A stretch of 64,000 bases of DNA, taken from NCBI GenBank assembly GCA_964473555.1, contig CAYYPL010000001.1, forward strand, positions 146,630 through 210,629. Direction: 5' to 3'. Within the stretch, counting starts at the first letter, position 1. Each line of letters starts with the position of its first letter. A program made the translations under genes and the position numbers. Under the pieces are notes generated by a model. It searched no databases. It worked only from the letters and a program-made list of their open reading frames with translations, and was not told the origin of the DNA. This stretch comes from an uncultured Chitinophagales bacterium. Lineage in GTDB: Bacteria; Bacteroidota; Rhodothermia; Balneolales; HLUCCA01. Positions 49,402 to 59,987 of this stretch are shown piece after piece.

Positions 49402-50856
49402 TCAAGAGCGCCTCCAAAGGTCGGAAAAACGCCTTTCTGTGCTGATCTTGTATAACAAAATCAATCCAAGTAATCCGATCGTTATATTTCCGAACCACAT
49501 GCCAACCATAGGTGAAATCAACAACCGATCGGCCCATTTTTCTCCCTGGATAATTGTGATCCAGTAGTAAGTGAACAAAACAGTACTGAGAACTGCGTTG
49601 TAACCAAGATTACCTCTTTGGGTAACCATTCCCAAAGGTGCACCAATCAATACAAAAATGACACAACCGAAGGGTATGGCAATTTTTTTGATCATCTCCA
49701 CCTCAAATTGTGCGATCCGCTCGTATCTCCATTGTACGTTCACCAAGGTATGATCCAGTTGATTTCTGTACGCTTCCAGGTTACTCATAGCCAGGGAAAC
49801 CAGGTTAGATTGTGATTCAAGGTAGGCCGTTCTGCCATAGGCAATTCCAGTCAGGTTAGAATCCGGATCAAATCGTTGAGGTTGATTCCCAAATCTGGCT
49901 TCATCTGTCTGAATTTCGGTGAACACACGAATCGTCGGATTTGGTCGAATGTGGTCGTAGCCATTGAGTATCATATTCACTGACTGATGATAAGGGATTA
50001 AAGTGCCTATTAAACGATTGATTTCAATATTAAGACTGTCTATGTACACATTCATTGCCTGGGCGGTCATGGTTCTGTCGTCTCGTCGCCGAATATCCGG
50101 ATTGGTCCGTGAGAAACTCATGTCGCTGAGATCAAATCTGATACGATGCTGATAAAACTGACTCTCTTCGATACGGTTTTGATTTCCATCCTCATTTTTA
50201 AGGTACCTGTAAACGGTTCCGTTATACAGATCAAGAGTGAGTGAAAACTGGTGTTCATTACCGGTGAGTAGTCCGTATTCGGCGTTGATGATTGCCTGAT
50301 CTCTGTCGTTAGTTGATTCCTGAAATATGGTCACATCAACCAGTGTATCTGATTTTGCAGATATGTCACGCGCCAGGAAGGTGTATCCTTCTATCCCATC
50401 GTAAAAGGCATTGGCTGTCAGATCGAATCCAGGCTTTTTCATGCGGATATCCAGAAACAGCGATCTTGCTTTGAAGTTGGCGTCCGGAAGTACCTCATTT
50501 GAGAACCATGCCAGAAAGGATCCAATGATCAAGGCAATAAATAATACAGGTTTCATGAGTTGGATCGGTTTTACCCCGGCAGCCTTGATCGCTGTGAGTT
50601 CGGAAAGTTCGGCGAAGCGTCCGAATGCCATAAGCGTAGCGATCAGGATGGACATCGGAACCGAAAGAACCAGCATGTAAGAAAGCTGAAGGGCGATCAA
50701 CTCGATGATTACCCGAGTATCCAGCCCTTTTCCGATCAGTTTGTCGATGTGTAAGATCAGGAACTGCGTCAGCAATAAAAACAGAATTGAAAGCAAAGAG
50801 AACAGGAATGGTCCCACATGTCGTTTCAGTAAATCGCGTTGCAGTTTATTGATCAT
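49402..50856 (-). CDS. LptF/LptG family permease (YjgP/YjgQ), LptF-like with enlarged periplasmic domain
   Basis: The family-typical N-terminus MINKLQRDLLKRHVGPFLF is at 50856 (the longest ORF starts at 50958). TM segments flank a large periplasmic insert. Confidence 0.85.
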   Translation of the reverse strand: MINKLQRDLLKRHVGPFLFSLLSILFLLLTQFLILHIDKLIGKGLDTRVIIELIALQLSYMLVLSVPMSILIATLMAFGRFAELSELTAIKAAGVKPIQLMKPVLFIALIIGSFLAWFSNEVLPDANFKARSLFLDIRMKKPGFDLTANAFYDGIEGYTFLARDISAKSDTLVDVTIFQESTNDRDQAIINAEYGLLTGNEHQFSLTLDLYNGTVYRYLKNEDGNQNRIEESQFYQHRIRFDLSDMSFSRTNPDIRRRDDRTMTAQAMNVYIDSLNIEINRLIGTLIPYHQSVNMILNGYDHIRPNPTIRVFTEIQTDEARFGNQPQRFDPDSNLTGIAYGRTAYLESQSNLVSLAMSNLEAYRNQLDHTLVNVQWRYERIAQFEVEMIKKIAIPFGCVIFVLIGAPLGMVTQRGNLGYNAVLSTVLFTYYWITIIQGEKWADRLLISPMVGMWFGNITIGLLGLILLYKISTERRFSDLWRRS

Positions 50857-51097
50857 AAAATTGGCAAAAAAGTGTTGAAGCACTGCGGAAATCACCTTAT
50901 CATTCGTTACAGTCCGAGATTTGGTGTCTATAGGGTTCAATGCGTTGAATTTAACCAATAAAATGAACCGGTAGAAACATCTTACTCATTTCGCGTATGA
51001 ATCCACAATTTAATCTCATGGCCTATTGATTCTTTGTTACAGCGTTGCCTCTGGCAACTACAAATTGATATAACATAGAACCCATTACTCGGACACG

Positions 51098-54000
51098 GTG
51101 CATTTCGTAACGCGAAAGTTGTTTCTTATTACGTTGTTTTTTGCAGCCTCGATAGGTGATCTATCCGCTGCGGGCTCATTTCATTTTGATGTTTCAGCGA
51201 ACGCATCCGGGGTGTTACCTCTCCGCCTTCAAAAGCCTGATTTTATCTCTTTTCTGCCTTCGAGAACATCTTTTCCTAACGTAACCAAGCCTATCCCCAC
51301 GGATACTGTCCGAATAGATACCCTTGCAACGGACACCCTTAAAGCTCTGATTCCGATTCGAGGAGCGAGATTTCATCCAACGCCAAATCTCACTGCCCGA
51401 AATAGGGCGCGCCTGGCACAGATGGTTTTGAATGAGATACAGCTGGACGTATCGCGCGATTCACTGAATCGGTTCTCTGTGGTATCCGAGTTCAAAGGAA
51501 TTCAGCTTTCACCTCAAGTTTATTATTCTTTTGACGAGTATACAATTGCCATGCGTCGTAAAGGCATTCAGGATAATTGGTATAAACTCGCACAGGATGC
51601 ACGCCGAAGACAGGATGTTCGTAGAGGACTATTAGATTTTCGAATCAACATACCTGGTGGGCAGCGATCGGCGTTTACCACCATATTTGGTCGACCGGAG
51701 GTGAATTTACGGGTCACGGGCACGGCAAACATGAACCTGGGAGTCTCCATTCAGGAAACCAGGGATCCCGCTGTACCACCAGATCAACAACGACGTATAG
51801 ACCCAACATTCAACCAGAACCTTAAGTTGAACATCCAAGGCACCATAGGTGACAAATTGAACATTCGCACCGACTGGGACACCGAACGCGCGTTTAATTT
51901 CGAAAACCGGTTGAGTATTGTTTACACTGGATACGAGGATGAGATTATTAAATCCATTGAGCTTGGTAATGTATCGATGGAAACAGGGAATTCACTCATT
52001 CGAGGAGGTGGAGCGCTCTTTGGAATCAAATCCCGGTTTCAGCTAGGGGCTTTAGAGTTAACCGGAATAGTTTCCCAACAAGAGGGAAAGGGAAATTCAC
52101 AGACCGTAACCGGAGGTGCCACCGAAGCCTCGTTTGAAATCCGACCGAACAATTACGACGACAACCGTCACTTTTTCATCGATTTCTTCGCCCGACAGGA
52201 ATTTGAAGCGAACATGTCAGACCCAACCATTACACGTAGGTTGTTCAATATTACCAACGTTGAAGTGTGGGTCCTGAACGAAACCTTAACACCTGTTGAA
52301 GGTCAGCGTTCGGCTATTGCGCTTCTGGATTATGGAACCATTGAAGACTCAGGTACTTTTTTTCCACCAAACCAGGCACTAGACAAGTTTGATCAGTCGG
52401 TTCTGCAACCATATCGGGATCCGGCAATTGGGGTATCGGCAACTGATCTGGGCGTTGAGCCAGATGAGTTTGCAGAAGGAATCTTTAGGCCACTGGTTGA
52501 AGGAGTTGACTATACCATAGACACCAATCTTGGATACCTTTCACTCAGAGATCAGTTAGGTCCCCGACAAGCCCTGGCTATTTCCTTTGCCTACAGAAAC
52601 CAGTTTGATCAGATTATCTATGTTGGGGACGTGAATCAAGGCGATTCCCAGCGCTTATTCCTGAAATTACTTCGTCCCGCTGGCTTAACCCCATCAAGCC
52701 GTGCATGGCCCATTACGATGCGGAATGTGTATAGTCTAAATAGTGCCAACCTGACGGCAGAGGGATTAACGCTGGATGTTTTGTTTACTCAGGGAACCAT
52801 AGAGCAACAAAACTTGCCCGGTATTGGAAATGTACTGCTTCAGGATCTGGGACTTGATCGGGTAGGTTCTCAGGGACAATTAGGGTCGGATAATCTGGTC
52901 GATTTTGGCACAGGAACCCTGGATCCGCGGGATGGTAAAATCGTTTTCCCCTATCTGGAACCATTTGGTAGCAGACTGGCACAAATTATCCAACAAAGCC
53001 CACTCCCTGCCGATCAGAAGGCTCAGGCTCTTGATCAACTCGTTTTTTCAGAACTGTATACGACTACCCGAAATAACGCACAAAACAGTTCCAAAAATAA
53101 TCTGTTCCGAATTAAAGGGATTACCAAAGGAGGTGTGAGCGAGACCTATTTCCTTGGTTTTCAGTTGGTACAGGGATCTGTACGAGTCCGGGCGAATGGC
53201 AGGGAACTTGTTGAAGGAGTGGATTACGAAGTAGACTACACGGGCGGAATGCTGATTATCACTAACCGTTCTTTTCTGGCTGCAGGACAGGAAATCAACA
53301 TCGATTTTGAGAGTAATCAATTTATGCAGATTCAGCAGACTACATTTACTGGACTTAGGGCTGAATATAAATTAAATCCTGATGTCTCTTTTGGTAGTAC
53401 ATACTTCAGACAAAAAGATCGACCACTTCAGGATAAAATTCCGGTTGGAGATGAACCTATTAACAATGCTGTTGTAGGTTTCGATGCCCGAGCAAAATTC
53501 AACACACCGTGGTTAACCAGAGCTATTGATTTTGTTCCTCTACTTCAGACCCGTGCTCATTCATCGATTTCACTCACTGGCGAATTTGCACAGATACGTC
53601 CAGGTGTTTCACAAACCAATGCAGTGGCAAGATCGATCAAAAGCGGGGTCCTGTACCCGGATGAGGAACTCGGGCTTTCGTTCATTGACGATTTCGAAGG
53701 ATCGAAGGCTTCGATCAGTTTCCTCAGCCCTGGCCGATGGACTCTCGCTGCCTCACCCTACAAAATACCCGGATATGATGGTACCACGCCTATAGGGCTT
53801 GCAGACCAAAGTGTCTTTGCCCGGGCTGCGCGAAACGATCTGCGTGCGCAGTTTTCCTGGTACACCATACCCATTTCGCTGGGAAGAATCACTGATGCGG
53901 CCAGAACCCTGGAATCTCTGCCCGTAGCGGTGACCGATGTGTTCCCTGACAGGGATGTTCTGCGTCAGGACAATATCCTGCAAACACTGGATATTTACTT

Positions 54001-57000
54001 TAATCCCAACTCACGTGGACCCTACAACTATAATCCAGACATCAGGGACATCACTGCAGTGCGTCCGCAGGACATGTGGGGTGGTTTTACTACGGTATTG
54101 CCCAGCGGATTAGACGACTTGACCCAAAACAATATGGAATTCCTTGAATTTTGGGTTCAGGCTATTCTGCCGGATGGGAAGTCGCCCACTGCGGCCGATG
54201 TTTTCGATTACGATGGTCGTATTTACATTGATTTGGGGGTGATTTCTGAAGATGTAATACCCAATAACCTGAATAATACGGAAGATGGAATTGCCGAACG
54301 ATCTGGAAATCTCAGAGTGGATCAAACCGGTCGTAGCTATGTATTCAGTAATCTTCCGGATCTTGATGGGCAGTTTTCATCAGAATCTATTCAGCTTGAA
54401 GATGCGGGATTGGATGGTGCAGTTAACCGTGGTGGTATCGACAATACCGGTGAGGATGTGCTCTTTGCTGACTTCCTTGAGCAAATGGCGCTGGTCTTTT
54501 CCGATCAACCCGATATGCTCGAAAAAATTCGCAGGGACCCATCAAATGATGATTTTGTTTATTTTGACACTCCTGAAACCAGCGGGCTTCCACTTCATGA
54601 GCGCTTTCACAGAATGTATGGTTTTCCAGAAGGTAATGCGATCACCAGTGGGGCTCAACGGGCAGTTACCAATCGACCAGATTCTGAGGGATTGCTGAAT
54701 CCTGCCGTTGTAAACCTCGAAAACGCTTTCTATCAATATCAACTTAGTTTTAATCCAGCTGATACTACTTCACTACGGATTGGTCAGAATTACGTAGTGG
54801 ACAAAGTAGACGGTGGTGAGCAGTGGAATACCTGGTATCAAGTTCAGATTCCATTGCGGGAATTTATTGAAAAGGTCGGTAATATTGAGAATCTCCAACG
54901 CGTAACCCACCTTCGCATTTGGATGACGGGGTATCGGCAGCCTTTTACACTTCGCTTTGCAACGCTTGAACTGGTCGGAAACCAATGGCGTAAAGCTGAA
55001 GAAGTTGGGAATCAGGGTAATACGAATACCGTTTTTGAGGTTTCTACCATCAATATAGAAGAGAATTCGAATCGTCGCCCGATTCCCTACAGAATACCTG
55101 AAGGTGCTATTCGCTCTGTTAACCGTGGCCAACAACAAGAAATACTTGCTAATGAACAATCGTTACGATTGGTGGTTGAAGATCTAAGATCGGAAGATTT
55201 ACGCCTGATCAAACGAGGGTATCCAATGGGTCTCAATTTGACGAACTATTCTAACATGCGCATGTTTGTCCATGGTGAGGGGTACTCAAACCGGGATGAT
55301 ATAGAACTGGTGATACGTTTAGGGAGCGACCTGCAGAACAACTACTACGAGTATCGCCAACCCATAACTCCATCCGATACCCTGTACAATTACACAACCG
55401 GGTCACGATCAGCGGTTCAGGAAGACATAGAAGCGATCTGGCTACCTGACGAGAATAGTATGAATCTGGTTCTGGGCACGCTGAACGAACTCAAACAGCT
55501 TCGAAACTTAGCCATGGCCGATCCGTCTCAGGTTTATGAACGTCGTGACATTCTCCGGGATGCACCGCCGGGTGCCACAATCGCGATTAAGGGAGAACCT
55601 GCATTGAACCGGATCACCGAAATCGGGATCGGATTACGTAATCCCTACCAGGGTGGTGGAGCCAGACAAACCAATCAAACCATGGGAACCCCCTCACTGG
55701 ATGCCGAGGTATGGGTTAATGAACTTCGGGTATCAGGCTTCGAAGATCAGTCCGGATGGGCCGCAAATGCCCGCGCTCAGGTTGTCATGGCTGATTTTGC
55801 CACACTCAATGCCTCTGTTAATCGTTCAACAGACGGTTTTGGTCCCATTGATTCCAGGCTTGGTGATCGCCAGCAATTCGAGCGGTTATCCTACGACCTG
55901 AGTGGCACTTTTAATCTGCATCGATTTGTCCCCGAACGCTTTGGATGGAACATTCCATTAACATTGTCGACCCGACAAAACGTACAAACACCTCGATTTT
56001 TGCCTCGTGAAGGCGACTTGCGATTTGAAGATTTCAAACGGGCGATAGAAGCGAATGAAACCTACTCGGACTCTGAAAAACAGCAGATTATTGCCGACAA
56101 ACTCCGTGAAATACAAAATTTCAACGAGACCTATTCGGTGAATCTCTCCAATATTTCAAAACAGTATTCCCGAAGTAAGCTTGGACAGTTGACCCTGGAT
56201 AATCTCAGATTCAGCTACGTGTACAATCAAGGTACGACCCGGGATTTCAGAACGGCGTTCAATGACAACTGGAACTACACTACCGGAGTCAACTACCAGT
56301 TAAATGTCAGAAATGTAAGAACCATTCGACCCTTCAATTTCCTTCAGAATGTACCGGTTCTCAAATACCTGGATGAACTTCACTTTGCCTATTTGCCCTC
56401 ATCAATCACCACTTCAGCGACGTTGAACCGTAATTACGCGGAAAGTGCGACCCGCGCTTTTCAGACTAGCCCGTCGCTGTTTCGCCAGCAACATGTCTTT
56501 AAGTTCACAAACCAGTTTGGAATCAATTACAATGTACTGTCAACACTGAGTTTGTCGTACAATAACACCACCAATGCAGACCTTGCCCTGATTGCCCAGG
56601 ATTCCATTCCAGATTCAGATCTGTATACCATCCGTAATTCCTTCGACGTTTTTCAGGACGTGTTTTCAGATAAATCAGTGAATCCCCGCCGGAGTGATTA
56701 TCAAGAAAACTGGACTGCCGCATTTCGTCCGCGCATCAACAAGTACAGGAATCTGAGTTGGCTTAACTACAGTGCGTCGTATCGGGGTGGATTCCGTTGG
56801 GTGAATTCCGCACTCGGGTCTGGTTTGGGAGCAAATCTGACCAATAACTACTCCCTGGATCAGAATCCATCGATTCGAATTCAAGATCTGCTTCGGAAAA
56901 TACCACTTTACGATAGTGCATTTAAAGCCGATGAAGCCGAACGAAGGGTCAGAGAACAGGCCCGGACTCGCCGATCCAACACCCGTCAGCAACAAAATAA

Positions 57001-58438
57001 CGCTCGTCCTACAACAAACAATAGCACTACTGAATCGAACACTTTTGGTGATCATATCAAATATTATTCCAGAAGGCTGCTACTTTCTGCCCTCAGTGTG
57101 CAAAACATCGATATGACCTACTCTCATTCGGTCCAATCTGCGCAACAAGGTTACGCAGGAGGATCATCGTTATGGGATCTTTTTTGGGATGATGAAACCG
57201 GTACCTTTTCTCCAAGTTTTGGGTATCGCGTGGGATGGAGCAGTGAGATATCTCCTGACCAGTTGATTCGAAGTATGGATCCCAATCTTACCTTCTCCTT
57301 GTCTCAGAACTATCGCGTTAGCGATAACATATCGCTACGGTCAACCATTCAACCAATCAGGGACATCACGATTGCTTTAGACTGGAACAACGCCTGGGAA
57401 CGAAATGTAAACGCTGCATTAACGGTCGGACAACAGGATGTCACCTCACAAATCGGCCGGCGAGGATCCATAAACTCCAGCGTATGGGCTTTTGGAGGAG
57501 GATACCTTGATTTATTCAGAAACCAGCTTCAAACAGCATTTGATGACCTTGGTCCATCCAATGAGATTCGTGATGAGACCGGTAACAATGACGGGCGTAC
57601 TATCCTCAGTCCACGATCTTTGCAAGAAGACTTCCGCTCAGCGTATCTCTTTGGACCCAAAAAAGGTCGAGGAAGTGTCGGACTGGCACCATTACCACTT
57701 CCAAACTGGAGAGTTACCTGGGCAGGATGGGAGAAACGTCTTCCGTTCATATCAGGTATGCTCAGCCGTGCAACGTTGCAACATTCCTATGTTGGAAGAT
57801 TCAGACTTGGATGGGATTATAACCCCGATTTTGGAACCGAGATCACCAGACAGGTCGGGCCTTATCGGGTCTTTGATGAACGACCCGAATATCAACCTGG
57901 ATCGGTGAATGTGGATCGTCAGTTCAATCCATTAATTGGCCTTCAGTTAACCTGGCGCTCAGGATTGGGAACCGATTTACAATACAAAAGCTCGAAACTC
58001 ACTTCGTTTTCATTGTCAAATACCAATGTGATCGAGCGTAATTCCAATGAAATCCAATTTACTGCCCGTTTCTCGAAACGTGGGTTCACCTTACCGTTTT
58101 TCAAACGACTTCAGAATACGCTCGATATGAGTCTTTCTGTGAGCTATATCGAGGACAAAACGCTCACGTATCGATTGAATCAGGATGTTCAGGATGTACT
58201 TTCGGTCCCAGTTGACCAATTGATCAAAGATGTGATGCAATATACTCCTGGTAATCCCAACGAGAGAGGTGATGTGCGCGTTAATATCGCCCCTCTGATT
58301 GGATACCAGTTTTCCCAGTCGGTGAAAGCAAATTTTGAGTACAGGTATTCCCGATTGATTCCACGTTCAACCGGAGTCTTCCCAAGAGTAACTCAGGATA
58401 TCCGTTTTAACATTATTGTATCGATTCGTTCGACTTAA
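51098..58438 (+). CDS. sprA: SprA, type IX secretion system outer-membrane translocon
   Basis: 2446 aa, GTG start, signal peptide LFLITLFFAASIGDLSA. The hallmark SprA N-terminal block is present (KLNIQGTIGDKLNIRTDWDTERAFNFENRLSIVYTGYEDEIIKSIELGNVSM...LFGIKSRFQLG). Beta-rich composition extends to the C-terminus. Confidence 0.93.
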   Translation: MHFVTRKLFLITLFFAASIGDLSAAGSFHFDVSANASGVLPLRLQKPDFISFLPSRTSFPNVTKPIPTDTVRIDTLATDTLKALIPIRGARFHPTPNLTARNRARLAQMVLNEIQLDVSRDSLNRFSVVSEFKGIQLSPQVYYSFDEYTIAMRRKGIQDNWYKLAQDARRRQDVRRGLLDFRINIPGGQRSAFTTIFGRPEVNLRVTGTANMNLGVSIQETRDPAVPPDQQRRIDPTFNQNLKLNIQGTIGDKLNIRTDWDTERAFNFENRLSIVYTGYEDEIIKSIELGNVSMETGNSLIRGGGALFGIKSRFQLGALELTGIVSQQEGKGNSQTVTGGATEASFEIRPNNYDDNRHFFIDFFARQEFEANMSDPTITRRLFNITNVEVWVLNETLTPVEGQRSAIALLDYGTIEDSGTFFPPNQALDKFDQSVLQPYRDPAIGVSATDLGVEPDEFAEGIFRPLVEGVDYTIDTNLGYLSLRDQLGPRQALAISFAYRNQFDQIIYVGDVNQGDSQRLFLKLLRPAGLTPSSRAWPITMRNVYSLNSANLTAEGLTLDVLFTQGTIEQQNLPGIGNVLLQDLGLDRVGSQGQLGSDNLVDFGTGTLDPRDGKIVFPYLEPFGSRLAQIIQQSPLPADQKAQALDQLVFSELYTTTRNNAQNSSKNNLFRIKGITKGGVSETYFLGFQLVQGSVRVRANGRELVEGVDYEVDYTGGMLIITNRSFLAAGQEINIDFESNQFMQIQQTTFTGLRAEYKLNPDVSFGSTYFRQKDRPLQDKIPVGDEPINNAVVGFDARAKFNTPWLTRAIDFVPLLQTRAHSSISLTGEFAQIRPGVSQTNAVARSIKSGVLYPDEELGLSFIDDFEGSKASISFLSPGRWTLAASPYKIPGYDGTTPIGLADQSVFARAARNDLRAQFSWYTIPISLGRITDAARTLESLPVAVTDVFPDRDVLRQDNILQTLDIYFNPNSRGPYNYNPDIRDITAVRPQDMWGGFTTVLPSGLDDLTQNNMEFLEFWVQAILPDGKSPTAADVFDYDGRIYIDLGVISEDVIPNNLNNTEDGIAERSGNLRVDQTGRSYVFSNLPDLDGQFSSESIQLEDAGLDGAVNRGGIDNTGEDVLFADFLEQMALVFSDQPDMLEKIRRDPSNDDFVYFDTPETSGLPLHERFHRMYGFPEGNAITSGAQRAVTNRPDSEGLLNPAVVNLENAFYQYQLSFNPADTTSLRIGQNYVVDKVDGGEQWNTWYQVQIPLREFIEKVGNIENLQRVTHLRIWMTGYRQPFTLRFATLELVGNQWRKAEEVGNQGNTNTVFEVSTINIEENSNRRPIPYRIPEGAIRSVNRGQQQEILANEQSLRLVVEDLRSEDLRLIKRGYPMGLNLTNYSNMRMFVHGEGYSNRDDIELVIRLGSDLQNNYYEYRQPITPSDTLYNYTTGSRSAVQEDIEAIWLPDENSMNLVLGTLNELKQLRNLAMADPSQVYERRDILRDAPPGATIAIKGEPALNRITEIGIGLRNPYQGGGARQTNQTMGTPSLDAEVWVNELRVSGFEDQSGWAANARAQVVMADFATLNASVNRSTDGFGPIDSRLGDRQQFERLSYDLSGTFNLHRFVPERFGWNIPLTLSTRQNVQTPRFLPREGDLRFEDFKRAIEANETYSDSEKQQIIADKLREIQNFNETYSVNLSNISKQYSRSKLGQLTLDNLRFSYVYNQGTTRDFRTAFNDNWNYTTGVNYQLNVRNVRTIRPFNFLQNVPVLKYLDELHFAYLPSSITTSATLNRNYAESATRAFQTSPSLFRQQHVFKFTNQFGINYNVLSTLSLSYNNTTNADLALIAQDSIPDSDLYTIRNSFDVFQDVFSDKSVNPRRSDYQENWTAAFRPRINKYRNLSWLNYSASYRGGFRWVNSALGSGLGANLTNNYSLDQNPSIRIQDLLRKIPLYDSAFKADEAERRVREQARTRRSNTRQQQNNARPTTNNSTTESNTFGDHIKYYSRRLLLSALSVQNIDMTYSHSVQSAQQGYAGGSSLWDLFWDDETGTFSPSFGYRVGWSSEISPDQLIRSMDPNLTFSLSQNYRVSDNISLRSTIQPIRDITIALDWNNAWERNVNAALTVGQQDVTSQIGRRGSINSSVWAFGGGYLDLFRNQLQTAFDDLGPSNEIRDETGNNDGRTILSPRSLQEDFRSAYLFGPKKGRGSVGLAPLPLPNWRVTWAGWEKRLPFISGMLSRATLQHSYVGRFRLGWDYNPDFGTEITRQVGPYRVFDERPEYQPGSVNVDRQFNPLIGLQLTWRSGLGTDLQYKSSKLTSFSLSNTNVIERNSNEIQFTARFSKRGFTLPFFKRLQNTLDMSLSVSYIEDKTLTYRLNQDVQDVLSVPVDQLIKDVMQYTPGNPNERGDVRVNIAPLIGYQFSQSVKANFEYRYSRLIPRSTGVFPRVTQDIRFNIIVSIRST

Positions 58439-59987
58439 TACGTCTGAAATCAATGAGGGTGAGTATTCCGGCGATAACGAAAAAGAGTGAAAGCCATCCT
58501 ATCCAGTCCCCATAGCGAGTATATAGTGTAATTTTTGAGTGAAGTGGCACTTCAAGATTCAAAGCTGTTCGGGTCCAGTACTCCGTTTTTGTGGCGACTT
58601 TTCCATTTGCCAGAATCATTCCGCTGATTCCGTTGTTTGCGCTCCTGACCACCGTTCGGTGCGTTTCAATAGCTCGGATTCGGGCAAAATCGAAATGTTG
58701 GGTATGACCGCTGGTATCACCCCACCACCCGTCGTTTGTGATCACTGCGATGAAATCAGCGCCTTTTTTCACATGTTTTCGAACCCAATCGGGGAATACA
58801 CTATCGTAACAGATCAGAGCAGGCGATGAAATCCCATCAGAAGAAAAATTCACTACCTCTGATCCTTTGCCATATCCCATCCAGCGAATCCACTGCACAC
58901 CAGGTATGGTAGTTAAAAATCCGTAGAATGGAAGGCGCTCGACGATAGGCACAAGGTTGGCTTTTTCATAGGTTTCGATGCGTTGGTCTGGGTAATACGC
59001 CAGGGCAGCGTTAAAGATATTGTATGGGTCGCCGGTTGAGGTATAGCGTGAGTAAGGCGGAATGATGCCATCTTTGTCGTAATAATGATACCAGGTTGCC
59101 CCCGTGACCAGGGTGGTATTCCAGAATCTGGCAGCTTCTATCATGCGCACCGATGGATAACGGGTGGTCGTTCCGTGGATGTCAGCCTGAACGGCATTTT
59201 CAGGCCAAAAAACGAATCTGGTCCCGAAAGTCATTGCTGAATCTGTGATGGCGATCAGTTCCCGAAGTGGAGTGTCGACGTCTGGATAGCCGGCATTTGG
59301 AAGATAGGAATCATAATTCGGCTGAACTACGACAACTGGTATAGACGTTTGTGACTCGAAATCGGTTGTGAAGTACATCCATAGTGATATCACTGGAAGG
59401 GCGAAGATCCAGCCGATCACATACACCATTTTCCGTAGGTTATTCAACACCGAAAACCGGTCACGAAGCAACAGCGTGACCAGGGTGGAAACACTGAGTA
59501 TCCAGAAAGAAACGCCCAAAACGCCTGAAACAGATACGTACTGTATCAGTTGAGGATAATTGGCCATAGCGTTTCCTGCAATGAGCCATGGCCATGCCAG
59601 GTCCCATCTGAAATGCAGGAATTCATACCCAACCCAGGCACCTGCAACCAGAATTGCCGTTAACATGGGATTCCAGTTTTTTCTGATAAACTGACCACCT
59701 ACTGCAAGAGGTAGCGTCATAATGACAGAGTTAGCCAAAATCGCTGCAATACCACCAGAAATCGTAGCGAACATCAGCCAGTACGACGCAACAATGTTCC
59801 AGACTAGCACTCCCGGGAAAGTCAGGTACATCGCTCGTCGAAAAGAATCGGTGCTCTGTGCCAGGTAAAGGAGTATGCCAAAAGCAGGAAATAATGCGAT
59901 AAATACATCAAATGGGGAAAAGCTCAGCCCTAGGAACAGACCTGCTGCCGCCGACCATATGATGGGATATTGATCAAATGTTTTCAT
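58413..59987 (-). CDS. lnt: Apolipoprotein N-acyltransferase
   Basis: An N-terminal polytopic membrane domain is followed by a CN-hydrolase domain (FWPENA..., catalytic Cys context LICYDSVFP). Its 3' end overlaps the sprA 3' end by 26 nt. Confidence 0.9.
   Translation of the reverse strand: MKTFDQYPIIWSAAAGLFLGLSFSPFDVFIALFPAFGILLYLAQSTDSFRRAMYLTFPGVLVWNIVASYWLMFATISGGIAAILANSVIMTLPLAVGGQFIRKNWNPMLTAILVAGAWVGYEFLHFRWDLAWPWLIAGNAMANYPQLIQYVSVSGVLGVSFWILSVSTLVTLLLRDRFSVLNNLRKMVYVIGWIFALPVISLWMYFTTDFESQTSIPVVVVQPNYDSYLPNAGYPDVDTPLRELIAITDSAMTFGTRFVFWPENAVQADIHGTTTRYPSVRMIEAARFWNTTLVTGATWYHYYDKDGIIPPYSRYTSTGDPYNIFNAALAYYPDQRIETYEKANLVPIVERLPFYGFLTTIPGVQWIRWMGYGKGSEVVNFSSDGISSPALICYDSVFPDWVRKHVKKGADFIAVITNDGWWGDTSGHTQHFDFARIRAIETHRTVVRSANNGISGMILANGKVATKTEYWTRTALNLEVPLHSKITLYTRYGDWIGWLSLFFVIAGILTLIDFRRIKSNESIQ

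Noticed and set aside
49397-49537. Longest-ORF extensions of the two lptF/G-like genes (to 49537 and to 50958)
   Set aside because: The extensions overlap the upstream gene or precede the family-typical N-termini (MDRHILWN..., MINKLQRDLLKRHVGPF...). Internal ATGs give non-overlapping canonical proteins.
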